Assembly: GCA_965218585.1 (NCBI GenBank)
Contig: CBDCLE010000024.1
Location: 128,001 to 192,000, forward strand
From: Terriglobia bacterium
GTDB lineage: Bacteria > Acidobacteriota > Terriglobia > 20CM-2-55-15
Direction of reading: 5' to 3'
Length of the DNA stretch: 64,000 bases
Within the stretch, counting starts at the first letter, position 1, and every line of letters begins with the position of its first letter. The notes beneath the pieces were generated by a model. It saw nothing but the letters and a program-made list of their open reading frames with translations, was not told the origin of the DNA and made no database searches. The translations under genes and the position numbers were made by a program. Positions 23,986-35,869 of the stretch are shown here, piece after piece.

Positions 23986-25704
23986 CTATTGACACACCTC
24001 TTCACTACTTCTCGGAAACCACTCGCCATACGTATCGGCATTGGCACAAGTGATCACGCTGTTGTCTGAGTAGACGATCTTGCCATCCATTATCGTGAGT
24101 ACGGATTTCACATCGCGTAAGTTTCCCAGGTCTTCCATCCCAAAAACATCGTCGGAGAGGACAGCCACATCTGCCAGTTTGCCCTCTTCGATAGACCCCA
24201 GATTTTCCTCATCAAACGAGAACCATGCGTTGTTTATCGTCATCCATCGAATCGCTTCTTCGACGGTCAGAACGTCTTCAAATACTACGGTACCGGTATC
24301 ATCCAGGCCCGTCGTGACGTGATATATCCCGAGCCAAGGGTTAATAATGGCCACGTTGCCACCATCTGATCCCAGGCCAGAATGTACATCGTGTTCGAAC
24401 AAAGCCTTGAAAGGGGGTGGGGCGATGGGCCCTTCGGATGAATACGAGAAGTAAGCCGCGACAGCTCCACCACCGAGAGCTTCGAGCCGGTCCATACTTG
24501 TCGTGGTCAATAGAGGGACATGAGCCAGGTGCCAACGCAGGGCCGTCAGATCTTCGCTTGACGATTCAAAGGCCGTTAAATAACCATCGCTTTCCAACGG
24601 CGACAACGTGTGCTGAAACACAGTTGCGCCGAGACTTGCCGCGAGATTGATCTTAGGGATGTAAGTTTCTTCGTTGACAACGTCCTCTACTGCTGTCGGG
24701 AATCTAACACCCCCACCGTCGATAAATTCGCCGATCGCGTAATTGCGGTACATTGCGTCTCTAGACGTATCGTTGAGGGTGGTGATTTCATTTTCGAGCG
24801 CTTCCAGGCTTGCGCCGCCATATAAACCTCGAACACGCATAACGGCGCCGTTGTCGGCAATCCGCTGAACTTCTGTGCCTCCGTCCGACAGTGACATGGT
24901 CATACCGAGGCTCGCCGCCCAGGCCTGAACACCGAGAACTCCGTCGACTCTATCCTCTTCGGTTTGCTCAGAGCGTAACTGTTGAGCGGCGATGCTGTTA
25001 AAGAAGGCACGGTTGTTCGTGCCCGAGCCAATGTCGACCACACCATCATCGGAAACAGGCAATCCATGAGCGCGGAAGTAATCAATGCCCGTTGAATTGG
25101 TCTGAGTGCCGCCAGTGAATGTGGATTCAAGATAAATCGGATGGTCGAATTGATTCAGCGTCTCAAAGCTTGGTAATGCACCCTCGACAAATTGCCCCGG
25201 GGTAATGGCACCGATTACGGTGACAAAATTGTTCTGTGTACCGACAGTTCCCGCCTCGGGTAGAGGAATATTCTCTACTGTGATCTGTTTCTGCAGGAGG
25301 ACTACCGCCTCATCCCATGATCTTGCGGAATCCATGGCATATACCATGTGCCCCGGCTTGAGGCCGCGTCCGATAACGTGGCTGTGGTTGTCAATGAGCC
25401 CAGGTATTGCCGTACGTCCTGAAAGATCGATTCTGCAATCGCCGTCGACACCAAGTGTCTCTTCATCGCCGTTACTCAAGCCTGCGACGAGATTGTTCTG
25501 TAACCGAACAGACGAGACGACGCTATTGTCGGCATCCATGGTGTGAATCACGCCGTTATAAAGCACTTTTCCGGAGGCTTCGCTGCAAACATCTGCCCAT
25601 CGAACGCCTGCGCCGACGTCCGGGTCGTTACAGGCGCTTGCAGCGAATGAAATAACTACGGCAAAAGCAAACTTGATTGATATTCGGTTGTTTTTCTTGT
25701 TCAC
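23986..25704 (-). CDS. Amidohydrolase-3 family lipoprotein
   Basis: Lipobox ASAC; PGLIDNHSH, GSDG, GSIEEGKLADVAVL. Confidence 0.88.
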   Translation of the reverse strand: MNKKNNRISIKFAFAVVISFAASACNDPDVGAGVRWADVCSEASGKVLYNGVIHTMDADNSVVSSVRLQNNLVAGLSNGDEETLGVDGDCRIDLSGRTAIPGLIDNHSHVIGRGLKPGHMVYAMDSARSWDEAVVLLQKQITVENIPLPEAGTVGTQNNFVTVIGAITPGQFVEGALPSFETLNQFDHPIYLESTFTGGTQTNSTGIDYFRAHGLPVSDDGVVDIGSGTNNRAFFNSIAAQQLRSEQTEEDRVDGVLGVQAWAASLGMTMSLSDGGTEVQRIADNGAVMRVRGLYGGASLEALENEITTLNDTSRDAMYRNYAIGEFIDGGGVRFPTAVEDVVNEETYIPKINLAASLGATVFQHTLSPLESDGYLTAFESSSEDLTALRWHLAHVPLLTTTSMDRLEALGGGAVAAYFSYSSEGPIAPPPFKALFEHDVHSGLGSDGGNVAIINPWLGIYHVTTGLDDTGTVVFEDVLTVEEAIRWMTINNAWFSFDEENLGSIEEGKLADVAVLSDDVFGMEDLGNLRDVKSVLTIMDGKIVYSDNSVITCANADTYGEWFPRSSEEVCQ

Positions 25705-25850
25705 AATCTCCCCCTATGGTGCTTGCGTTTAGGAGGCCCAAGATCTCGTAGTGGCCGAGTTTGGTGCCAGATTCCATCGTTATGGTGTGTCGCTGAAGAA
25801 ACCGTGAAAAACTCGGTAAAGGATACTAAGGGAGGGGTTTGTAAGCAATC
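25705..25850 (-). pseudogene. Ser/Thr kinase promoter plus N-terminal stub (MESGTKLGHYEILGLL, ATG at 25777)
   Basis: ~90 bp closely similar to 41299-41390; candidate promoter TTGCTT-N17-TATCCT. Confidence 0.82.
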
Positions 25851-25863
25851 AGAAGGTCAACGC

Positions 25864-27228
25864 GAGGTCATTACAAAAGGTGTGTAAAAGTCATCAGGCG
25901 GCGGCCTTCGATTTCATCACGACTCTGATGCCGTCAGCGAATTGCTGACCATCATAGACCTCTTGTAAGAGTTCGGATCCTTTTAAGTGTCGCCAAGCCT
26001 TCTCAGCGACACGTAGTAGCTTCCAGATCATTGCCGTTGCATTCTCGACACGCTTGAATCGGCGAGCGGCGTTGGTGCGGAGGCGAACCATGTCGAAAGG
26101 CGATTCGACGATGTTGGTTGTTCTCAGATGCACCCAGTGTTGTTTCGGGAACTCATAGAAAGTAATCATCCGGTCCCAGTCCCGCAACAGCGTCTCACCC
26201 GCTTTGGGATAGTTCTTCTCATATCGGCGGACGAACTGATCCCGCTTTCGTTCGCAGGCCGCGCGGGAGTTCGCGAAGGCCATCCCATGAAGCAGCTGTC
26301 TGGCCGCGGGCTGCTCGGTCTTCGGCAGATGATCGACCACGTTGATCGACTTGTGGTTCCAGCAGCGTTGTTCCTGGCCCTGGGGCTGTTGCTCGGCCAG
26401 CGCGGACCAGATGCCCAGGTGACCGTCCGCGACAGTCAGCCGTCCCAGCTTCAGGCCCCGTCTCTGGAGATTGCGCAGAATGCGGCTCCAGGACTCCTTG
26501 CTTTCCCGCTGCCCGCTCTCACAGGCCAACACCACTTTGCGCCCGTCTGACAAGGCTCCGATGATCACCAGCAATGCCGCTCGCTCTTTCGCGATCCCCG
26601 CTTTCACGTACAAGCCGTCTGCCCACTGGTACACGACCTCGAGGCCGGACAGGTCCTGCTGGACCCACTCGTCATACTCCAACTGCCAGGTCGATTTCAG
26701 TCGTTGGATCGATGCTCGCGACAACGGAGCGCCAGCGCCAAGCAGTCCGCGCATGGCCTGCTCGAAGTCCCCTGTGGCCAGACCGTGGAGGTAGAGATCG
26801 GGAAGTAGCTCGCCCAGCTGTTTCGATTTCCGTCGAAAATACGGCAGGATCTGACTCTCGAACCGCTCGGCGGTGTTTCGAACCCGAGGTCGTCGAACCT
26901 CCATCGTACCGTTCATCATTGCGAAGCGTCGCGGCTTCCCGTGACCGTTCCGGTATCCTCGTCGATTCGGACTCCGCTCCAACTTTTCCCGACCCAGAAA
27001 TTGAGTGACTTCGTCCTCGAGCAGCTCCTGTAGCCAGACTTGGACCCGGGATCGCGCCCAGTCCTCCAAACCTTCATACGCGTTCGTTGACGCCACTGAT
27101 GCCGGTATGTTCTTCTTCTTCATGGGTGGTGTACCTTTCTCCCGATTGCTGCCGGGATTGCTTACGGTTTCGAATTCACCGAAAGCGTACACCGCCTTCT
27201 CTTTTTACACACCGATTGGAACGACCTC
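25864..27228 (-). mobile_element. IS256-family element type A, copy 1 (1365 bp)
   Basis: TIRs GAGGTCATTACAAAAGGTGTGTAAAA / GAGGTCGTTCCAATCGGTGTGTAAAA; 8-bp TSD GTCAACGC. Confidence 0.95.
25894..27123 (-). CDS. IS256-family transposase (type A)
   Basis: YRNG, WADGLY, ADG, QRCWNHK, RTTNIVES; likely start MKKKN. Confidence 0.95.
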   Translation of the reverse strand: MKKKNIPASVASTNAYEGLEDWARSRVQVWLQELLEDEVTQFLGREKLERSPNRRGYRNGHGKPRRFAMMNGTMEVRRPRVRNTAERFESQILPYFRRKSKQLGELLPDLYLHGLATGDFEQAMRGLLGAGAPLSRASIQRLKSTWQLEYDEWVQQDLSGLEVVYQWADGLYVKAGIAKERAALLVIIGALSDGRKVVLACESGQRESKESWSRILRNLQRRGLKLGRLTVADGHLGIWSALAEQQPQGQEQRCWNHKSINVVDHLPKTEQPAARQLLHGMAFANSRAACERKRDQFVRRYEKNYPKAGETLLRDWDRMITFYEFPKQHWVHLRTTNIVESPFDMVRLRTNAARRFKRVENATAMIWKLLRVAEKAWRHLKGSELLQEVYDGQQFADGIRVVMKSKAAA

Positions 27229-27253
27229 GTCAACGCTCGAATTTAGGCCAATT

Positions 27254-27289
27254 CTCAACGTCCGACAAGATGATTTAACAGGACTTGAC
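27254..27289 (+). repeat. Cassette-boundary palindrome, site 4
   Basis: CTCA-ACGTCCGACAA-GATGAT-TTAACAGGACT-TGAC; followed by minus-strand LKELVRLP* stub (27298-27324). Confidence 0.92.
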
Positions 27290-27357
27290 CGGGAAGCTTA
27301 AGGTAGCCGCACCAGTTCCTTAAGTCGCGTTTGGTACGCGGACACCCGGGCGCGATA

Positions 27358-28179
27358 ATGATGGAAGTGCTGGACCTATCGGAAACGCTCGCTCAGGAGC
27401 TGGAACGCCCGCGGAAGATTTCCGCTCAGGTTGCTCGCCATCTGGTGGCAAATTACGGCATCGCCGACGATGAGACCGGCCCATTTCTCGTCCAGACGCT
27501 GCCTACGCTCGAGGAGGATGAAATCGACCTGATCCTGTCGCCCTTGTTCACGCCGAAGCTCGCCGACCAAGCCGTGTTCGCCGGTCGGCTCGGCAGGCAG
27601 TCGATCCCGTCGGATGAGCTGGTTCGCCTGGTTGTTCAGGTGGTTGCCCGCCCCACAGACGCCAGCCTTGCCGGGATGGACGACCAAAACCATCGGGTCA
27701 GGCTTGGCGAGGTGACCGTGGAGCGTTACGTGTATCGCCTTCGGCTGGAAGCAACGATTCCAGAGGCAACATTTGAGCTCATCCAGCGGCATCCGTCCGG
27801 CGACTACCCACTTTTTCAGGCCGTCGCGCGCCGCGCAACCTGGGAGGGGGACGGCCGGTCCGGAATCCTCAGAGGTTACCTGATGGCAACGGCAGGTATC
27901 GAGGCTTGGGGCGCGGCCGAGGTGCGCTCCCTGCTCGATCTGGTGGACCGCTACAAGCCCATCGACATCGCCGATCTGGTAGCGAAGATTCCCAGATGGC
28001 AGGAAGGATTGCGAAGTGATCTTAGCTTGGCTTCGGGACGAAAGCCGTTTTTCAGCGAAGGGATCGAACACTCTCACGGTGGAGAGCGCGACCATCGTTC
28101 ACCAGAGGGCGCTCTGATCGAGGCGAAGAGGCGGGAACTGAGTTTTCTCGAACGCCTCGAGTTACTTCTAGTGCACTGA
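27358..28179 (+). CDS. Hypothetical protein (cassette cargo)
   Basis: 273-aa protein-like ORF filling the interval between sites 4 and 5. Confidence 0.72.
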   Translation: MMEVLDLSETLAQELERPRKISAQVARHLVANYGIADDETGPFLVQTLPTLEEDEIDLILSPLFTPKLADQAVFAGRLGRQSIPSDELVRLVVQVVARPTDASLAGMDDQNHRVRLGEVTVERYVYRLRLEATIPEATFELIQRHPSGDYPLFQAVARRATWEGDGRSGILRGYLMATAGIEAWGAAEVRSLLDLVDRYKPIDIADLVAKIPRWQEGLRSDLSLASGRKPFFSEGIEHSHGGERDHRSPEGALIEAKRRELSFLERLELLLVH

Positions 28180-28208
28180 TCCGGTAACAGGACTTATCGT
28201 TCCGCGGC

Positions 28209-28244
28209 GTCGAGGTCCGCGAAGATGATTTATCGGGACCTGAG
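28209..28244 (+). repeat. Cassette-boundary palindrome, site 5
   Basis: GTCG-AGGTCCGCGAA-GATGAT-TTATCGGGACC-TGAG then AATCGTTTTCATGGTC, similar to the site 6 flank. Confidence 0.88.
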
Positions 28245-28266
28245 AATCGTTTTCATGGTCATCTAG

Positions 28267-30003
28267 CCCGCATGTTTCACCAGTCCGGCGATCAGGGGGA
28301 TTTGGGCAGTAAGAATCGGATTCGGGAGGATCTGGGTTCGAATTGGGCATGTGTGGCGTGACTCGGCGGTGTCGACAAGCGGGAGTTGCTGCGTTTTCGG
28401 GTTCAGAAGAGGGTGACGAAACGCACTGAGACAAACCTCGGCGGAGCCGAAAAGAGCGAGTCGATTTTGGCGCAGGGGATCGGGTCGGTTCTCAGCAGCG
28501 CAGAGGAAGCGCCTGCAGGTTTCGATGGACGAGGGCAAAGACCTCGGCGTAGGGATAGGCTTCCGACATGGAGATCCAGATGTTGCGAACCGTCAGACGG
28601 ACTTGAGCTCCGATCTTGAGGAGCTTCAAGCGGATCGTCTGGCACTGAGCGCGGGCCAGATCGGTATTCTTCAGTCCCAGACGGCGTAACGCGTGCAGGA
28701 GCATGTAGGCGGCCGAGGACAGATAGAGCCGGAGTTGATTGGCGCGCATGGTTGCCGCGCTGGTCCGGTCGGCGAATAGATCCAACTGCTGTTCCTTGAT
28801 GCGATTTTCCATGTCGCCCCGCGCACAGTAAAAGTCTTCATAGAGGGCGCGGGCGTCCAGGCGTTCCGGCGACAGTGAGGTCACAACGAATCGAGGATTG
28901 GCGCCTTTCTCCAGGAACTCGGCCTTGCCGATGACGCGTCGGGTGCAGGTCCAGCTCTTCCGAGTGCGATACCGGAAATCGTTAAACACCCGCGCCGGTT
29001 TCCCGGTGTCGTTAAACTCGGCTTCGGCCTGACTCATCGATTCAGCGATCTCGCGCTTGAGCCGATCGTTCTTGGCCAGACCCACCACGTAATCGACCTG
29101 GTGGGCCTCGCACCAACTCAGCAATTCATCCCGGCAAAAGCCCGAGTCGGCCCGGATGATAATCGACACCTCCGGCCAGCTCTGCCGGATCTGGCCGATG
29201 ATGCGGTTCAATTCCTCGACGGCGCCGTCCGCACCGTCGACATTGGAGCACCGCAACCGGGCGCATAGCAGATGCTCTCCCGAAAAGATGTAGAGCGGCA
29301 GATAACAGTAGTTGCCGTAGTAGCCGTGAAAGAACCGTCCTTCCTGATGGCCATGGATCGGATCATCGGTCGCATCCAGGTCCAGAACAATCTCCTCGGG
29401 CGCCGATCCGTGAGCCGCCACAAATGCATCCACCATCCAGCGGTCGATCTTGTCCGGGTCCATGGCAATCTTCTTGTACCGCTCCTTCCCATCGACTTGC
29501 TCCCCGGTCAGTTCCAACCGGTTCAGCGTACACTTGCCCGCCAACGCTTTTCCCCGGTCTCGGGCCTGCCGCCGCTTCTCCCCCAGTGGATCGGCCTTAT
29601 CCACCGCCACGGCCAGCATCGGATCGGTCCGCAGTTGGTCATGATCGTTCAGATCCTCGTAGCCCAGACAGAGTCCGTAGACGCGCTGCCCCAATAACTC
29701 GCTCACCGTGTGTTCGATCAACCTCGCGTCCCGGTAATCCCTGAAACACTCGGCCAGTCCGGCGATCAGACCCGTTCGCTTTTCCACTTCCCTCAACAGC
29801 AGAACCCCAGCGTCGGAGGTGATCTTTCCGCCGTCAAAACGCGCCTTCACTTTTCGTTGAAGAAGTCCGTGAAATTCGAACGTCGTTTGGTTACACTCTG
29901 TTCTCATAAGGGCCGTCTCCGTTTGGCTTGTTAAACGTTTATTTCAAAACGCTTTATGCCAGACAGGGCGGCCTTTTCTGGTCCTATCGGTGAAATATGC
30001 GGG
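28267..30003 (-). mobile_element. IS1380-family element, copy 2 (1737 bp)
   Basis: Same TIRs as copy 1; CTAG on both sides; inserted at the kinase-stub stop codon. Confidence 0.95.
28492..29907 (-). CDS. IS1380-family transposase
   Basis: Identical to 8334-9749 except KKMAM vs KKIAM. Confidence 0.95.
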   Translation of the reverse strand: MRTECNQTTFEFHGLLQRKVKARFDGGKITSDAGVLLLREVEKRTGLIAGLAECFRDYRDARLIEHTVSELLGQRVYGLCLGYEDLNDHDQLRTDPMLAVAVDKADPLGEKRRQARDRGKALAGKCTLNRLELTGEQVDGKERYKKIAMDPDKIDRWMVDAFVAAHGSAPEEIVLDLDATDDPIHGHQEGRFFHGYYGNYCYLPLYIFSGEHLLCARLRCSNVDGADGAVEELNRIIGQIRQSWPEVSIIIRADSGFCRDELLSWCEAHQVDYVVGLAKNDRLKREIAESMSQAEAEFNDTGKPARVFNDFRYRTRKSWTCTRRVIGKAEFLEKGANPRFVVTSLSPERLDARALYEDFYCARGDMENRIKEQQLDLFADRTSAATMRANQLRLYLSSAAYMLLHALRRLGLKNTDLARAQCQTIRLKLLKIGAQVRLTVRNIWISMSEAYPYAEVFALVHRNLQALPLRC

Positions 30004-30072
30004 CTAGGGCACCGGCACCCGTTCTTTGAGTTCCTCGAACCAATTGAGGACGATGTTGATTTGTGGGCGCGT
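30004..30072 (-). pseudogene. Ser/Thr kinase C-terminal stub (TRPQINIVLNWFEELKERVPVP*)
   Basis: Manual translation; typical terminus of acidobacterial kinase/TolB-propeller proteins. Confidence 0.85.
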
Positions 30073-30104
30073 CACCTCGGCCGTCTGAGCACTGCAGATG
30101 CGTC

Positions 30105-30200
30105 TCAGGCGAGGAAGCTTACGAACATGCTTGCGGCGCGCCCGAAATGGCGGCACTGATCCACCGCGACGACGTATTCGAGCTGTGTGATCGTAGGCAT
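30105..30200 (-). pseudogene. oxyR: Truncated OxyR-like LysR regulator (31 codons)
   Basis: MPTITQLEYVVAVDQCRHFGRAA..; divergent from katG. Confidence 0.75.
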
Positions 30201-30209
30201 GCGATGAAT

Positions 30210-32614
<2,405 letters not shown>

Positions 32615-32727
32615 TAGTGGCAAGGTCTTAGCGAAAGTAGGTGCTCCAGAGCCTCTGAAAGGCGGCTCACGTTGAGCGCCGGGTCAGGGGATGGCATGGA
32701 TAACTTTTCCTGATCTAGAACAACAAT

Positions 32728-32760
32728 AGACGGCGGTATTTACTATGCCGCCGTTTTTGT
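32728..32760 (+). terminator. Intrinsic terminator after katG
   Basis: GACGGCGGTA-loop-TGCCGCCGTT-TTT. Confidence 0.7.
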
Positions 32761-32947
32761 GTGGGCTTCTCGCGCACGCCAGACTTCGCCCATCGAGCCC
32801 TTGCCAAGGGCAGAAACGACGTCATAGTGTGCGAGTTTTGATCCGGGCTGAATCACGTCTAAATAAAACTGCAGAAGGGACTTCGCGTCAATCAGAAGGT
32901 CACATGCCTGGGTTACCGCTTAACCGGACAAGTGGTACGTTCAAATT

Positions 32948-32983
32948 CTCAACGTCCGACAAGATGATTTAACAGGAGTTGAG
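32948..32983 (+). repeat. Cassette-boundary palindrome, site 6
   Basis: (TT)CTCA-ACGTCCGACAA-GATGAT-TTAACAGGAGT-TGAG(AA). Confidence 0.92.
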
Positions 32984-33049
32984 AATCATTTTCATGGTCG
33001 TTTAGGGAACCGCCGAGTTATTGTCAAAAGTGGTGTTTTGCCGATTGAC

Positions 33050-34297
33050 TCAAGCGGCGGCCTGATCGACGTGGGTCACTTCGATTCCATCGTTGAATTT
33101 CACTCCAGTAATCACCTTGGGCAGATCATCGAATCCTCGTAATCGTCGCCAGTTCTTTTGAGCGCACTGTCCCAGTTTGAACATCATGTGCAGCATGCCA
33201 ACCCGCGTCAGGCAACCCCTGGATCGCTTGGTTCGGTGGCGAATGGTAGCAAAAGTCGACTCAATGGGATTGGTCGTTCGGATGCTCTGCCAGTGCTTGG
33301 CCGGGAAGTTGAAGAAGGCCAGCAGTTCTTCTTTGTCTTTCTGGAGGCAGCGAGTGGCTTTCGGATACTTCGGCTCATAGGTTTCAATGAACAGATCGAA
33401 TGCCTTCTCGGCGTCTGCCTGTGTCTGAGCCCGCCAGATCGCGTGCAAAGCCTGTTTCGCCTTCGCCTGGGCCGACTTCGGGAGCCCGTTCAGTACGTTC
33501 ATGGTCTTGTGCATCCAGCAACGTTGGTGACGTGTCTCGGGATAGATTTCCTCCAGTGCGGCCCAGAATCCCATCGCACCGTCTCCGATGGCCAACTTCG
33601 GGATATTCATCCCACGCGACTTCAGCTTTAACAAGACCTCGCGCCAACTCTGTGTCGATTCCCGGACACCGTCTTCGATTGCCAGAAAACGTTTCTCTCC
33701 GCGTTGATTCGCGCCGATCACCACCAGTGCGCACAACTTGGTTTCTTCGGCCCGCAGTCCGCTGTAGATACCGTCGGCCCAGACATAGACCCAGCGATCG
33801 GCATCCAATCGCTCCTCGCATCCCCGGCGGTACTGCTCGGCCCAGACCTGTTTCAACCGCGATACCGTGCTCGCCGACAGGCCCTGCGCCTGGGGTCCGA
33901 CAAGAACTTTTAGAGCGTCACCCATCTCGCCGCTGGAGACGCCTTTCAAATACAACCACGGCACCGCTGCTTCCAGCGATTTCGTTTTCCGAATGTAGGG
34001 AGGTACCAGGGCCGACCGGAACGTTACCGGGTCGCCAGTCTTCGCTCGGACTTTCGGGATCTGGACCGTTACCGGCCCCAAACCGGTCTGCAGTTCACGT
34101 TCAGGCAGATAACCGTTGCGCACCACCCCGGCGTTGCCCGTCTCGGTTCTCCGATCGCCGTGGTGGGATAGCAGTTCCGCCAATTCGGTTTCCACCGCGC
34201 GTTGGATCAGTTGCTGAGCTCCAACTCGTAGTAGCTCTGTTATCGGATCCTCAATCGTCTCTCGACCCTCCGGTCCATTCACGTTACTCTTGCTCAT
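33050..34297 (-). CDS. IS256-family transposase (type B)
   Basis: VRNGY, WADGIY, GDGAMGFW, QRCWMHK, RTTNPIES. Confidence 0.95.
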   Translation of the reverse strand: MSKSNVNGPEGRETIEDPITELLRVGAQQLIQRAVETELAELLSHHGDRRTETGNAGVVRNGYLPERELQTGLGPVTVQIPKVRAKTGDPVTFRSALVPPYIRKTKSLEAAVPWLYLKGVSSGEMGDALKVLVGPQAQGLSASTVSRLKQVWAEQYRRGCEERLDADRWVYVWADGIYSGLRAEETKLCALVVIGANQRGEKRFLAIEDGVRESTQSWREVLLKLKSRGMNIPKLAIGDGAMGFWAALEEIYPETRHQRCWMHKTMNVLNGLPKSAQAKAKQALHAIWRAQTQADAEKAFDLFIETYEPKYPKATRCLQKDKEELLAFFNFPAKHWQSIRTTNPIESTFATIRHRTKRSRGCLTRVGMLHMMFKLGQCAQKNWRRLRGFDDLPKVITGVKFNDGIEVTHVDQAAA

Positions 34298-34355
34298 AGT
34301 GGCGTATCTCCCTTGGTTGCTTTGAAGTCTGGTAAACAACAAATCAACCAGATAG

Positions 34356-35720
34356 GAGGTCATTACAAAAGGTGTGTAAAAGTCATCAGGCGGCGGCCTT
34401 CGATTTCATCACGACTCTGATGCCGTCAGCGAATTGCTGACCATCATAGACCTCTTGTAAGAGTTCGGATCCTTTTAAGTGTCGCCAAGCCTTCTCAGCG
34501 ACACGTAGTAGCTTCCAGATCATTGCCGTTGCATTCTCGACACGCTTGAATCGGCGAGCGGCGTTGGTGCGGAGGCGAACCATGTCGAAGGGCGATTCGA
34601 CGATGTTGGTTGTTCTCAGATGCACCCAGTGTTGTTTCGGGAACTCATAGAAAGTAATCATCCGGTCCCAGTCCCGCAACAGCGTCTCACCCGCTTTGGG
34701 ATAGTTCTTCTCATATCGGCGGACGAACTGATCCCGCTTTCGTTCGCAGGCCGCGCGGGAGTTCGCGAAGGCCATCCCATGAAGCAGCTGTCTGGCCGCG
34801 GGCTGCTCGGTCTTCGGCAGATGATCGACCACGTTGATCGACTTGTGGTTCCAGCAGCGTTGTTCCTGGCCCTGGGGCTGTTGCTCGGCCAGCGCGGACC
34901 AGATGCCCAGGTGACCGTCCGCGACAGTCAGCCGTCCCAGCTTCAGGCCCCGTCTCTGGAGATTGCGCAGAATGCGGCTCCAGGACTCCTTGCTTTCCCG
35001 CTGCCCGCTCTCACAGGCCAACAGCACTTTGCGCCCGTCTGACAAGGCTCCGATGATCACCAGCAATGCCGCTCGCTCTTTCGCGATCCCCGCTTTCACG
35101 TACAAGCCGTCTGCCCACTGGTACACGACCTCGAGGCCGGACAGGTCCTGCTGGACCCACTCGTCATACTCCAACTGCCAGATCGATTTCAGTCGTTGGA
35201 TCGATGCTCGCGACAACGGAGCGCCAGCGCCAAGCAGTCCGCGCATGGCCTGCTCGAAGTCCCCTGTGGCCAGGCCGTGGAGGTAGAGATCGGGAAGTAG
35301 CTCGCCCAGCTGTTTCGATTTCCGTCGAAAATACGGCAGGATCTGACTCTCGAACCGCTCGGCGGTGTTTCGAACCCGAGGTCGTCGAACCTCCATCGTA
35401 CCGTTCATCATTGCGAAGCGTCGCGGTTTCCCGTGACCGTTCCGGTATCCTCGTCGATTCGGACTCCGCTCCGACTTTTCCCGACCCAGAAATTGAGTGA
35501 CTTCGTCCTCGAGCAGCTCCTGTAGCCAGACTTGGACCCGGGATCGCGCCCAGTCCTCCAAACCTTCATACGCGTTCGTTGACGCCACTGATGCCGGTAT
35601 GTTCTTCTTCTTCATGGGTGGTGTACCTTTCTCCCGATTGCTGCCGGGATTGCTTACGGTTTCGAATTCACCGAAAGCGTACACCGCCTTCTCTTTTTAC
35701 ACACCGATTGGAACGACCTC
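34356..35720 (-). mobile_element. IS256-family element type A, copy 2 (nested)
   Basis: Same TIRs as copy 1; duplicated ACCAGATA; transposase 34386-35615. Confidence 0.95.
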
Positions 35721-35774
35721 ACCAGATACGCCGCTCTTCCTCAATCCCTCAAACACCAGATTCGGTTATAACTC

Positions 35775-35869
35775 GGAACCGCCACCCGTTCCGCACTAGC
35801 GGCCATCAGTATTTCTACGATGTCGGCGTGGCCTCGTTCTTCGGCCAAGCCCAGGGCCGTCACCCCCTG
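35775..35869 (-). pseudogene. Ankyrin-repeat fragment fused in frame to kinase-tail stub
   Basis: QGVTALGLAEERGHADIVEILMAAS-AERVAVP*, with the stop at 33002-33004 beyond the IS. Confidence 0.7.

Larger units (their letters stand above)
33015..35774 (-). mobile_element. IS256-family element type B, copy 1, carrying a nested type A element
   Basis: TIRs GAGTTATTGTCAAAAGTGGTGTTT / GAGTTATAACCGAATCTGGTGTTT; 9-bp TSD GGAACCGCC. Confidence 0.95.
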
